Below, piece by piece: positions 30,381 to 40,450 of a DNA stretch of 64,000 bases. A model generated the notes under the pieces. The model saw only the letters and a list, made by a program, of their open reading frames with translations, made no database searches and was not told the origin of the DNA. Location of the stretch: assembly GCA_030867685.1 (NCBI GenBank), contig JAQOWU010000008.1, positions 558,001 through 622,000 of the forward strand, read 5' to 3'. The stretch is from Wickerhamiella versatilis (Eukaryota). Within the stretch, counting starts at the first letter, position 1, and each line of letters opens with the position of its first letter. A program made the translations under genes and the position numbers.

Positions 30381-31781
30381 ATGTCACCAGTCAGAAGACG
30401 GCAGGGCGATAAGATAGACGGTAAGGTACATCAGAAGGATGAATTACCTGCAAATCATCCTGTGCCCCGTCATAAGCCACATTTTAATAGAATGACCGCC
30501 CACCATCCCACAACCATATTCGATAGTCCGCGTTTTCATTCGTCGGAATTTTATGGGTTTTATGTGTTTTTTTGGGTTGTTGTGGGTGTCTCTACTCTCA
30601 GAGTATTAATTATCAATTTCATTGAAAAAGGCTGGCCTCTGACAAGCAATGTATTTCAAATAATGCAGCGAGACTTGGTTAAAATTGGATTCACAGACCT
30701 CTGCATGTATCTTTGCATGTATGTTACTTACGGTATACAAGTCTTGGTAAAAAATGGTTTTTGCAATTGGTCACGATGGGGTTGGATTGTTCAACATATA
30801 TGGCAAACAATTTTTGTATTTACGTTCCTGGGAATTGCAAGATTTTCGAGATTTCCTTGGATTGGAAGAATCTTTCTTACGCTCCACATGCTTGTCCAGG
30901 TAATGAAACAGCATTCTTATGCGGTTTTCAATGGCCATCTTCACCAGGTGACACAGCGCCTAGAAGAGTGCAAATCCGAGGAAAATAAGACCACAGACTT
31001 ACTAGACGAAATCTCACATTTGGAACAAGAGCTCAATGTTCAAAGTAGAACAATTCGTTATCCAGCAAATTTAAATATACATGATTTCTTCATGTATACT
31101 ATGTTCCCAACATGTGTCTACGAGTTGGAATATCCACGTAGAGAAAATATTAGATGGGGATACCTTTTCCAAAAAGTTTCAGCAGTATTTGGTGTCATAT
31201 TGACGATACTGGTTTTCGCTGAACAGTATATGTATCCATTGGCCATGGATACTATACATAAACGTGAATTGCCGTTGACTGAACGATTAACACATCTTCC
31301 TATGCTCTTGCTCAATCTGTTCCCACCATTCGCTGTGATTTATATTCTTAACTTCTACTTGATTTGGGATGCTATCTTGAACAGTATAGCTGAAATTACT
31401 AGGTTCGATGACCGAGAATTTTATCGTGATTGGTGGAATAGTGTGACTTGGGACAAATTTGCGAGGGATTGGAACATTCCCGTCCATAACTTTTTGGCTA
31501 GACATGTTTACCGTTCTTCAATATTATTTTTCAGGTTGTCGAAACCACAGGGTATGATTGTAACTTTTTTCCTTTCGTCGTTAATCCATGAGCTTGCAAT
31601 GTATGTAATATTTGGAAGGTTTCGCGGCTACCTCTTTCTTCTCCAGCTCTCGCAATTACCTCTCCAGTTCTTATGTTCCCTTCCTTTCGTTCGCACCCAT
31701 CAGGTGATTGGGATCACATTATTTTGGTTTGGTATTGCCGTTGGACCATCTATTTTATGTTCTTTGTATTTGATGTTGTAA
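30381..31781 (+). CDS. ARE2: Sterol O-acyltransferase (MBOAT; ARE1/ARE2 family)
   Basis: MKQHSY, FYRDWWN, WNIPVHNFL.RHVY, SSLIHE. Confidence 0.93.
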   Translation: MSPVRRRQGDKIDGKVHQKDELPANHPVPRHKPHFNRMTAHHPTTIFDSPRFHSSEFYGFYVFFWVVVGVSTLRVLIINFIEKGWPLTSNVFQIMQRDLVKIGFTDLCMYLCMYVTYGIQVLVKNGFCNWSRWGWIVQHIWQTIFVFTFLGIARFSRFPWIGRIFLTLHMLVQVMKQHSYAVFNGHLHQVTQRLEECKSEENKTTDLLDEISHLEQELNVQSRTIRYPANLNIHDFFMYTMFPTCVYELEYPRRENIRWGYLFQKVSAVFGVILTILVFAEQYMYPLAMDTIHKRELPLTERLTHLPMLLLNLFPPFAVIYILNFYLIWDAILNSIAEITRFDDREFYRDWWNSVTWDKFARDWNIPVHNFLARHVYRSSILFFRLSKPQGMIVTFFLSSLIHELAMYVIFGRFRGYLFLLQLSQLPLQFLCSLPFVRTHQVIGITLFWFGIAVGPSILCSLYLML

Positions 31782-31829
31782 AGTATCATCAAGAACAGCG
31801 AAATTTGTAGTTAGAAAAATCCTGGCAAA

Positions 31830-32450
31830 TCATCTATATATCTCGTCAAATGGTCGTGTATCACCGAAACAGCTCTCAAACACCTGGTTTACAATAATAT
31901 CTGCTGTTTTTTCATCTGGACAAGCAGGGTTTCCTCGAACGCTCAAGGCTGCTCTTCTTCTTACGCAATCTTGGTGACCTTTGCTAAATTTCCAGAATCC
32001 ATTTTTTACCATTTGATTCATCATACGACACTCTCCACTAAGACTTGACGCACGAATTTCAGAGCATGCATGGTGTCTGAGATTACCCCAATCTACTTGG
32101 AAACGACAATGGTCGTACGCATGAACCATCTCATGCGTCAAGGTGTCCTCTGCGTGATTACGGGAGTACAACTTATTTTGGCATAATAAAATCCCTAGTT
32201 CAGGATGGAAGCCACCAGACTTCATATCATCACATTTAGCACATACAATGTTGTTAGCATTGATATTTCCCCCTACGCGGCCCACCTGGTCAGCCATGAA
32301 TCGAACACTTGGTGAGTAGCTCAGAAGCCAGTTTTTGTACTCATTGCATTGCTTACATTGTTTCGTATCAACAGCTTGCTCATTTTTTGACTTCTGCAGC
32401 TCATTCTCTTCATCTGAAAGATAGCCTAGATAGTAGAGAAGGGTATTCAT
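31830..32450 (-). CDS. ATP23: Mitochondrial inner-membrane metalloprotease Atp23
   Basis: GGFHPELGILLCQN, HEMVH, HHACSEIRA, DTRPFDEIYR; start uncertain (first ATG 32450). Confidence 0.95.
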   Translation of the reverse strand: MNTLLYYLGYLSDEENELQKSKNEQAVDTKQCKQCNEYKNWLLSYSPSVRFMADQVGRVGGNINANNIVCAKCDDMKSGGFHPELGILLCQNKLYSRNHAEDTLTHEMVHAYDHCRFQVDWGNLRHHACSEIRASSLSGECRMMNQMVKNGFWKFSKGHQDCVRRRAALSVRGNPACPDEKTADIIVNQVFESCFGDTRPFDEIYR

Positions 32451-32668
32451 CGGCCAGGATTGTGGCAGCTCCAAAGAATATCAAACTAATTTGTCAGCAT
32501 TATGTCCACTTTGAATGGTTAACAAGGATGCAATAGAAGAATCGTTGGAATACCTATTGCTCTTTAGTATGTAACTACACCAGCAGCTGTTTTATTTTTT
32601 ACTTTTTAACAAGAGCTGTAGACAAACCAAAATATTAAGATCTATCATAGTTAGTAAGATATTTTTCA

Positions 32669-33235
32669 ATGAATATTTGGGTCGCAGCGGCAGACAACCA
32701 AGCCGACAAAGTCAAGCAGTTCCTTGGAAATGGAACAAATGTTAACGCCAAGGATGAAAACGGCTATACGCCTCTTCATGCTGCGTCGGAGTATGGACGG
32801 CTAGAATTAATAGAATACCTGGTCGAGCAAGGTGCCGATGTGAATATTAGGGACAATGATGGTGATACCCCACTACATGCTGCTGAGTCTCCAATTGTGG
32901 CAGAGGTTCTAATCAAAGCTGGGGCTAATAGTAGATCAACAAACAATGATGGGTTGACACCATTAGACAAAGCCAGAGAAGAACAAGATTTTCCCGAACT
33001 TATTGAATTTCTGCAGAAAGCTAACGGTGAAGAAATTCCTGATAGACCGGAGAATATGGACCTTTCTGTAACCTACACGACATCTAATATTCCCGAGGAA
33101 GTTGATGAATCTCAGCGACAACGACTGAGAGAAGTGGTTGAGACTGGAACTGACAAGGACTTAGAAGCTTTTTTGACATCTCTGGTAGAAAAGGCTTCCG
33201 AAGAAGAGCCTTTAAAAAAATCTAAGAAGGACTGA
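32669..33235 (+). CDS. Ankyrin-repeat protein (YCR051W-like)
   Basis: MNIWVAAAD, DENGYTPLHAA, DNDGDTPLH; position after ARE/ATP23. Confidence 0.88.
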   Translation: MNIWVAAADNQADKVKQFLGNGTNVNAKDENGYTPLHAASEYGRLELIEYLVEQGADVNIRDNDGDTPLHAAESPIVAEVLIKAGANSRSTNNDGLTPLDKAREEQDFPELIEFLQKANGEEIPDRPENMDLSVTYTTSNIPEEVDESQRQRLREVVETGTDKDLEAFLTSLVEKASEEEPLKKSKKD

Positions 33236-33332
33236 AATAACTTATTATATATTACTATCTGAATGCTCCAAGGTAATTTCGAAAGAAAAAAACGCCCAGA
33301 GGATCTTCTAATACAGATAATTTTCTTTTCGT

Positions 33333-35228
33333 CTAGCTTTTTGAAAGAAATCCTTGATAGGCCTCTTGCGGAATAAATACTCTACCAGTGGCCTGCAGGT
33401 TCCGCTTGCCCTCTTTTTGTTTTGCCAAAAGCTTCTTTCTTCGGGAAATATCTGAAGCATGCAGTCGGGCTAATACATCTTTCCGCTTAGCCTTTATCGT
33501 CTCTCTCGCGACTATTTTTGAACCACAACGTGCTTGAATTATCACCTCAAATAGTTGATATCGAAGATACTGTCGGAACTTCTGGACCCATTCCCTTCCT
33601 TTTTGCTGGACTTGCGACGAATGCATTACCCTTGCCAGCGCATCGACTCCGTGGCCATTAACTAGAAGTTCCAGCTTCACTATATTTGATGATTGATAAC
33701 CCGCATCCTCATAATCTAACGCTGCGTATCCCCTGGTAATGCCTTTGAGTTTACCAAAGAAGTCCTCAACGAGTTCTGCGAGCGGGAGCAAAAAATTGAG
33801 CCTTACCTGTCCATTTGCAAGGTATTCGACATCAGTCTGTTGTCCACGATTTGCAATAGCAAGTTGAATTACCGCTCCCATATATTCAGGAGGACAATGA
33901 ATGATAGCACTTACAAACGGTTCTTGTAAATCCTTCACACCGAATGGTCCCGTGGTTACTTGGGGAAAATCATCAGGATTTGTGATTATCTTCGTTGTGT
34001 AATTTGTGTCAATGATCTTATAAGGTACAGTTGGAGCCGTGAAAATCAATCTACCTCCGTGTTCTCGTTGCAAACGCTCTTGGAATACACTAGCATGCAA
34101 AGTTCCCAAAAATCCGAGCCGCCATCCTTGACCCAGTGCATTGGAACTCTCTCTTTGAACAGTAACCGATCGATCATTTAGGGTAAGCTGCTCCATATTC
34201 TCCTCCATCTTCTCAAAGCTTGCACCTTCACCAGGGAATGCGCCAAGGAACACCATGGGCTTCGCTTCTGCGAATCCAGGTAGAGCTCGTGATTTACTAG
34301 AATTTACTGGTAAGAATGTGTCTCCAATGTGTGCCTCTTGGCTTTTCTTCATTCCTGTGATAATGTAGCCCATCTGACCAGCTCGCAGTTGTGGAAGAAT
34401 CACTCGCTCTGGATACATAATACCAACCTCTCTCACATCATAAACTTTACCTGTATGTGCAGAGACCACGCGCGTGCCCTTGGTAAGAGTACCATCAACA
34501 ACGTGAACAAGCATGACTACCCCCAAGAAATTATCGAACCACGAATCAACAAGAAGTAGTCTAAAGTCATCCTGAATTCTTCCATGAGGAGGTGGTATCC
34601 TTTCCACAATAGCTGGCAATACCTTTTCAACGTTCTTTCCGGACTTTGCAGAGATAGCTATTGGGTCCCCTAATAAAAAAATATCGAGTAATTGTTCTTC
34701 TACCCTTTCAACATCGGCATGTGGCAGGTCGATTTTGTTAATCACTGGCACAATTTCCAGACCTACATCCTGCGCCAATGTGAAGTTCGCCACAGTTTGA
34801 GCTTGAACGCCTTGGGTCGCATCTACCAGGAGTAATGCACCACTGCAGGCGGCATAAGACCGAGCTACCTCATGTCTGAAATCCACATGACCTGGCGTAT
34901 CCACAAGATTTAGCAAGTAGTCCTGCCCTTTATAGTTATATATCATGGAACAAGTCTGCGCCTTGACTGTAATACCTCGCTCACGTTCCACATCTAATTT
35001 GTCCAAAATCTGACTCTTAGATGTTTGCTTGTCAATAACACCTGTGATCTCTAAAAGACGATCGGACAAAGTGCTTTTACCATGGTCAATATGAGCTGCA
35101 ATCGCAAAATTCCTATATCTGTCCTGAGGGATCGCAGCAAGTTGCTTGACAAAACCATCAGATGGTATATTAGAATCAACTTTAAGATTCTTCTTACTTG
35201 AAAAAGCGCGGACCAGCCGCCTCAACAT
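33333..35228 (-). CDS. GUF1: Mitochondrial translation factor Guf1 (LepA/EF4)
   Basis: AHIDHGKSTL, ERERGITVKAQ, DTPGHVDF, GWRLGFLG.LH. Confidence 0.97.
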   Translation of the reverse strand: MLRRLVRAFSSKKNLKVDSNIPSDGFVKQLAAIPQDRYRNFAIAAHIDHGKSTLSDRLLEITGVIDKQTSKSQILDKLDVERERGITVKAQTCSMIYNYKGQDYLLNLVDTPGHVDFRHEVARSYAACSGALLLVDATQGVQAQTVANFTLAQDVGLEIVPVINKIDLPHADVERVEEQLLDIFLLGDPIAISAKSGKNVEKVLPAIVERIPPPHGRIQDDFRLLLVDSWFDNFLGVVMLVHVVDGTLTKGTRVVSAHTGKVYDVREVGIMYPERVILPQLRAGQMGYIITGMKKSQEAHIGDTFLPVNSSKSRALPGFAEAKPMVFLGAFPGEGASFEKMEENMEQLTLNDRSVTVQRESSNALGQGWRLGFLGTLHASVFQERLQREHGGRLIFTAPTVPYKIIDTNYTTKIITNPDDFPQVTTGPFGVKDLQEPFVSAIIHCPPEYMGAVIQLAIANRGQQTDVEYLANGQVRLNFLLPLAELVEDFFGKLKGITRGYAALDYEDAGYQSSNIVKLELLVNGHGVDALARVMHSSQVQQKGREWVQKFRQYLRYQLFEVIIQARCGSKIVARETIKAKRKDVLARLHASDISRRKKLLAKQKEGKRNLQATGRVFIPQEAYQGFLSKS

Positions 35229-35287
35229 TGAATTTTGTCCTTAACACCGTTATGCTAAGAGCGGTTAGTAATAGAGTCGACCTCGGT

Positions 35288-36175
35288 TTAACTAAGTCTC
35301 AGTACCTTCCACCCGCGGCCTATAGGAGTATTGAATCCTTCGATCCATCCACCTCCAATGCATTCATATAAAATCCATTCAAGTGAAATTCCTTGCAAAT
35401 TGCGCCAGTAGTTCTTTCCCTGATCTAGCCTCTCTTGAATAATATTTTCTGGCAATTCTCGCCACTTACGATTAGAACTCAACACTTTTAAAAGCCAGGA
35501 ACGAGCATTTTGTAAAAGTTTCAAGTAAGAACCTTGTCCAGGGATACTTAGCATGTAAATTCCTGGTCGCGAGGGATCTAAGGTTAAAAACCCCTCTGAA
35601 ACCAGCTGTTCCGGATCGACAACGTCTAATAAGTCTCCCTTTTTGATCCATGTAGATTCAGGGTTAGCTTTAAGTAACTGTATAAAAGTTTCGTTTCCTG
35701 ACATACTGTAATAAGTTTCTGCGTTTATCAGGAGATCATTCGTGTCGGATAGATTAGTCGTGATGAGTCTTACGATCCCAGCTTTTCGCGCCGCGATAAT
35801 TTCCTTGTCAATTGTAGTCATATCATTGGGAAAAATCCCGTAAAGCTGGTTTGCAGTCACAATGGGGGGGCACCGCTGGCGGAATTGATGAACATCTGCA
35901 GCAACTTTATAGTATACGCCTTTATCTGGAATTGGAATGAACATACGTGCAAGTATAGAGTTCATAGCAACAAGTAAATCCGTATCTGGAGAAGCTTGGC
36001 CATCAGGAAACGCTGGACCTTTGTTTTCAAGCTTTTCAACTGCTTCCTGAGTACTTTTACGCTGATCTTCTAGCTTCCTTAAAATTCCCACATCACCTGG
36101 TAGCATTGGCATTTGTGCCTTTCCCTTAGGTCGTGGTTTCCGCCACTTTAAAGAACCGGTCACATTCAGAGGCAT
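35288..36175 (-). CDS. STK19-family winged-helix protein
   Basis: PPIVT..QLY, LVSEGFL, LSIPGQGSYLK, GISLEWILYECIGGGWIEGFNTPIGRG resembles the Stk19 domain (recognised from memory). Confidence 0.65.
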   Translation of the reverse strand: MPLNVTGSLKWRKPRPKGKAQMPMLPGDVGILRKLEDQRKSTQEAVEKLENKGPAFPDGQASPDTDLLVAMNSILARMFIPIPDKGVYYKVAADVHQFRQRCPPIVTANQLYGIFPNDMTTIDKEIIAARKAGIVRLITTNLSDTNDLLINAETYYSMSGNETFIQLLKANPESTWIKKGDLLDVVDPEQLVSEGFLTLDPSRPGIYMLSIPGQGSYLKLLQNARSWLLKVLSSNRKWRELPENIIQERLDQGKNYWRNLQGISLEWILYECIGGGWIEGFNTPIGRGWKVLRLS

Positions 36176-36404
36176 TACTGATCACGTAATATTTTAGCTT
36201 CACGACGTATCGACCCGGGACTCAAAGGCTCGGAGACTCAAAAGATCAAAAAGACTAATAATTCTTAACTAATATGAATAAGTCGTAGAGAATTAAGCGT
36301 AGCGCAATTCACAGACAGGGTTGCTTGTTTCGAAGCCTGCTAAAATATAGTATCATTGAGATGTATACAGATGTAGCAGCTGATCGAGCAGATTTCAAGG
36401 CAGA

Positions 36405-37346
36405 TCACCACGCAGCACTGCCACCAAATCCAGCAGCTGAGGCGAGATCATCTGCATTGAGTAGAGCTACGCCCTGGTCAACAAGGACCTTCCATACTGC
36501 GTCTCTTGTACTGATAGGCCATGCAGGTGTATTCCAGAACCTTGCACCTATACCCTTGCTTTTCGCGCCAGCTATAAGAGACTGAATCTTTTCAATCTGC
36601 TTATCAGAGAAATTTCCACTAATAGTTCCCACTGCGGCTTCAAAGTCAGTGCTAGCGATCAGACTGATATCACTAGTCACATTGTTCTGGGTGGTATTCA
36701 ATTGTGTTAGTTGAGCATCAAAGAAAACATCTCGGTGGTTGTTCTCCTCTACCATATTAAGAGGGGTGTTTCCTGTGCCTATCACTGTTACGGGGCCATA
36801 ATTGACATGGCTTCCATTATATGACGTCAGATAACCAGCATCTCTTAATGGCTGAAGCTCCTTTATGACATAGGGGAGAGTAGCGCTACCGTCAGTCTTT
36901 AAATCCACGAAAAGATAAAGCGTCTGAGTGTGATCAGTGTCAAAAACACCATTTTTTGTCGAGGAACCGAATACAAACTCTGAAGCTGGATTCTGTCTCT
37001 TCACTGTTTCGAGAATAGGCTTGACGTAGAGCGACTCGAAAGTCCTTTCCTTTTTCAATGCAGAACGCATGTGACCTACGTACAACGTGCTGTTATAGAG
37101 CCAAACATCGGCCTCGGTACTGATACAACCATATGATAGGCCAGTGAAGAAGGGAACATCACGCCAATAATCATTGTGCGAGTGTATGGGTTTTGGCACG
37201 ATACCTTGAGTAAAGTCTGTTGGATACTTATAAAGGGAATCGTTCAATGAAGGTTTTAAGAGATCTGTTGCATTATTCTGCAGCACAAATTTCGCAACAA
37301 CCACCGACAAAGTCGTTAGAGAAATTGCGAAACAGAGAAATTTCAT
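36405..37346 (-). CDS. Secreted PLC-like phosphodiesterase (AIM6 family)
   Basis: Signal peptide MKFLCFAISL..., HSHNDYWR, CISTEADVW, LYVGH, LFVDLKT, GARFWNTP, LLNADDL. Confidence 0.88.
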   Translation of the reverse strand: MKFLCFAISLTTLSVVVAKFVLQNNATDLLKPSLNDSLYKYPTDFTQGIVPKPIHSHNDYWRDVPFFTGLSYGCISTEADVWLYNSTLYVGHMRSALKKERTFESLYVKPILETVKRQNPASEFVFGSSTKNGVFDTDHTQTLYLFVDLKTDGSATLPYVIKELQPLRDAGYLTSYNGSHVNYGPVTVIGTGNTPLNMVEENNHRDVFFDAQLTQLNTTQNNVTSDISLIASTDFEAAVGTISGNFSDKQIEKIQSLIAGAKSKGIGARFWNTPAWPISTRDAVWKVLVDQGVALLNADDLASAAGFGGSAAW

Positions 37347-37405
37347 AACGACAAAAAAAAATTACTCGAATGTAATGTAAAGTGTCACGACGAATTACCG
37401 TACCG

Positions 37406-37446
37406 AGCACGTGCTTAGTTAGCACGTGCTTAGTTATATCACGTGC
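37406..37446. promoter_or_regulatory. Cluster of three CACGTG E-boxes, two within a perfect 15-bp tandem repeat
   Basis: AGCACGTGCTTAGTT at 37406-37420 and 37421-37435; CACGTGC at 37440. Confidence 0.7.
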
Positions 37447-37544
37447 TGTGCCATAATCTTTTACGAACTATCTCCAGGTCCCAACGGCAATTCTCTCTTC
37501 TATCCGGCTCATAAAGCCATATACCATTAAAATGTACAATTTCA

Positions 37545-37617
37545 GCCATTATAGCTTAGTTGGTAGAGCGTTGCACTCGTAATGCAGAGGTCTTCGGTTC
37601 GACTCCGAATGATGGCA
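37545..37617 (+). tRNA. tRNA-Thr(CGT), intronless, followed by a T6 Pol III terminator
   Basis: Acceptor GCCATTA/TGATGGC, D arm TAGCTTAGTTGGTAGAGC, anticodon arm TTGCA-CTCGTAA-TGCAG, T loop GGTTCGACTCC; TTTTTT at 37618-37623. Confidence 0.96.
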
Positions 37618-37745
37618 TTTTTTGGACCACCCTTAAAAATTGCATATCTATTCCAGCATATCATGATAGAATTGCTGGGGTAGCTTTTTTTACCTGTAAA
37701 GTATCTTTAATGTTAAATTGAGCTATCTGATCACGTAATTAGCTA

Positions 37746-39810
37746 ATGCTCTTGTTAGCAACTGCCATTGCGCAGTACGTTGCTGGTTGCGGCGTGACGT
37801 AAGTTCTTTTAACAATTTTGCAACAAATGTACTAACAAAAGTGTGCATCAATCGCTAGTGCGCCGTGGAATTTCGACTGGGGATATTCCTCAGTCAGTAT
37901 TGAGAGAAGCCAGCTATCTTCGTGCTGGCGCATTTTATCCAGATGCTTTTTATGGTTGCATGGGTCAATCTGATGCGGCAGAGGCTGCACACTGGCCTCC
38001 ATTCCTTTACGAAGGTGCAAAGCTTGTTCGGGAACGCCGTGCCATAGGAAGTGACACTTCCAAACTTGAAGCATTTCTCATAGGGGTATTAACACATCAA
38101 GTTTCAGATGTAAGCTGGCATTCATTAGGGATTCATCAAGGCTTGCTTTGTGCCATGGCCGATAGGGAATTTGATGGTGACTACGATTCCGCTCATTCGT
38201 GTTTGGATACCGGTGGAGACATGATCCAAATGCACAAGCTAATCTCAAGTGAAGATAATTATGACTGGCTTTTTGACCCATGGGATTACTCCTTGACGGA
38301 TATTCAGGGTATCCTTCAGCCTTTGGGTTACCATATAACAAGACCACAATTATCTTACTGTATGTCAAGAGGGCAAGCTGCACTCAAGGCAGAGAAGAAT
38401 GTGGCAGAGGCTGGCTATAGAATGTACGCTCGACGAAGTCCTTTCTTATACGATGAGTTGAATGATTATTATGTTGGTGGTATGAAGGACATGCATCAGC
38501 AGATCGCTGAATGTCTTCCTAATTTATTATCATGGTTCAAAAATGCTCCAAATACTACCGATCCATATGATATTTGCCAGGTGTTTGACGGTATGAGACC
38601 AAAAGAACCAGGTCCCGGTGATATCCACCTCAGCATCCCATTTCATAAGGACACTATTAAGGATCTGTTTTTTGACGTCAAGAGCTCCCTGAAGTCTTCA
38701 AAAAGATATAAATCAAATTACAGTCTCAAGGTTAAAGGCTCAGTTCCCGAGGGAGAACTGGGGAGTCAAGTGGTAGCGTGGGGTCATTCCCACTGGGCCG
38801 TCGCGGCTCCGGCTGAATCAAAGGTGTATGTGTATGATCATAATGCAAGTCTTATAGGTGTTTTATCCGGGGGACGAAAACAGAATGGTCGTTTCAGTGA
38901 TGAATTCGGGTCTGCTTTGAATGTCTGGCCCACTCGTGACAAGAAATCGCTCTTGATTGTTAGCAGCCCGGGTGCGAATCGCATCGACTTATTTGATGAG
39001 AACCTCAGGTGGTGTGGAGGTCTTAGCTGGTCATCGGCGCAAGAAACATATGGTAGTGCCGGCTCGGCAAAACAAGTAGGTCGTTCTCTCGCTGTAGATC
39101 CCAACTATCGTACATTATTTGTCGGTGCGCCTTACTTTGACGATAGAAATAACACAGTACCTCAAGCTGGGGCTGTATATGCAATTTCTGCAAATTTTAT
39201 CGAAGATTCCATTCGCCAAAAGCGGGTGTCAAACGTTTCCTGGGATCCGTTTTACGTCGGTGAAACCAACTATTCTAGGGCGGGTACAAAACTCGCTAGT
39301 ACCCAGAGGTTCCTTCTCGTTGGGTGTCCAGGAGAAAACAAGGTACACGGCTTTGATCGTCTTACTTTCAACAAGATTTTAACATTGGAAGCGGATGGAA
39401 ATAATACGGGATTTGGCGGCTATCTTTTGGATGCCAATCATGATTACATTGCTATCGGTGCACCCAGCGATACAGAAGGGCATGCCGGCAAGATTTATAT
39501 CTACAAAAATACCCAGAGACGTGTTATATCTGTAGGTGGTGATATGACATGGTTCGGATATAACGGCATGCTAAATGGCAGGCGGCTAGTTGTGACATCC
39601 CCATATGCAAATTCTGAGCAGGGTTTATTATGGCAAATTGATCTGAATAGTAACGAGGTCACACAATTGAATGCTGGGCCTGAGCCCTACAGTGCTGCTT
39701 ATGGAAAAAGTATAGCCACCAATGGAACTAGAACCATCATTGGTATGCCGCGTTATCAAGAGGGTAGTGGTGGATTTGTATTTTATGATTTGTTAGATTT
39801 GGGCCGATAA
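37746..39810 (+). CDS. GPI-specific phospholipase D (GPLD1) homologue; 2 exons (37746-37798, 37842-39810)
   Basis: Spliced N-terminus MLLLATAIAQYVAG-CGVTVH; GAFYPDAFY, AEAAHW, THQVSDVSWH, AHSCLDTGGD; FG-GAP-like repeats (FVGAPY, AIGAP, IIGMP). Confidence 0.85.
37799..37841 (+). other. 43-nt spliceosomal intron
   Basis: GTAAGT donor, TACTAAC branch at 37830-37836, AAG acceptor; removal joins the signal-peptide exon in frame (AC|T = Thr). Confidence 0.9.
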
Positions 39811-40379
39811 AATAGCATTAAACGAGTATATACCGATCCCTGTGGGGACTTAGCTTTATCGCCATGCATATTGAGAATTTCAGTGACCCGATCGACAAGT
39901 GCCTTCCGACTTTGCAATTCTAAGTCGGAAGGTGCCGGTGAATATTTTGACTTGTTTTCTAGTCGCAGTTGTAGAAAATCACCCTTGGATAAAACTGATT
40001 CCATGGCTTTACGTTTTTGACCTTCGAGATCATGCTTGGATATCAGCCAAGATACAATTATCTCTTTTACTTTGGGAGGTTTTGCCTTGCTATGCGCTTT
40101 GCGAGTTCCTTTGATGTTTGCATTGTTGGAAGTAGAAGCACTGGTAATTTTCGCCACTACTGTTGGATCCTCACCAGGCCCACCGGGACGAACATTCACA
40201 ACTTGTAAACGTTCACCAGGCTGAAGATTCACACTTTTGTAATTTATTCCCAGTTTCACCGATCCCTCTGTTAAAAGATCAATACGTCCAGTTCGAGGTA
40301 CTAGCTCAAGGATACTTCTTGAACTACTCCTTGAGCTATTGCTTGAGGCCCATCTCACTAGCGGTCGGAGCATTAGCAT
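39783..40379 (-). CDS. Mitochondrial translation initiation factor IF3-like (Aim23-like)
   Basis: Presequence-like N-terminus; KEIIVSWLISKHDL..QKRK; C-terminus resembles IF3. Confidence 0.6.
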   Translation of the reverse strand: MLMLRPLVRWASSNSSRSSSRSILELVPRTGRIDLLTEGSVKLGINYKSVNLQPGERLQVVNVRPGGPGEDPTVVAKITSASTSNNANIKGTRKAHSKAKPPKVKEIIVSWLISKHDLEGQKRKAMESVLSKGDFLQLRLENKSKYSPAPSDLELQSRKALVDRVTEILNMHGDKAKSPQGSVYTRLMLFYRPKSNKS

Positions 40380-40450
40380 GACGTAATTAAACCATCTGTC
40401 TCTGGTCCATTTGGACGTTAACCGTAATTCGGTATCTGTGGCTGCGTTTG

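Larger units (their letters stand above)
36178..37739. repeat. 13-bp direct repeat CTGATCACGTAAT at 36178-36190 and 37727-37739
   Basis: Exact match read from the sequence; both copies are followed by TAGCT (first after ATTT, second immediately). Confidence 0.8.

Noticed and set aside
37406-37435. Tandem repeat as a CRISPR-like array
   Set aside because: Only two units, no spacers, eukaryotic context
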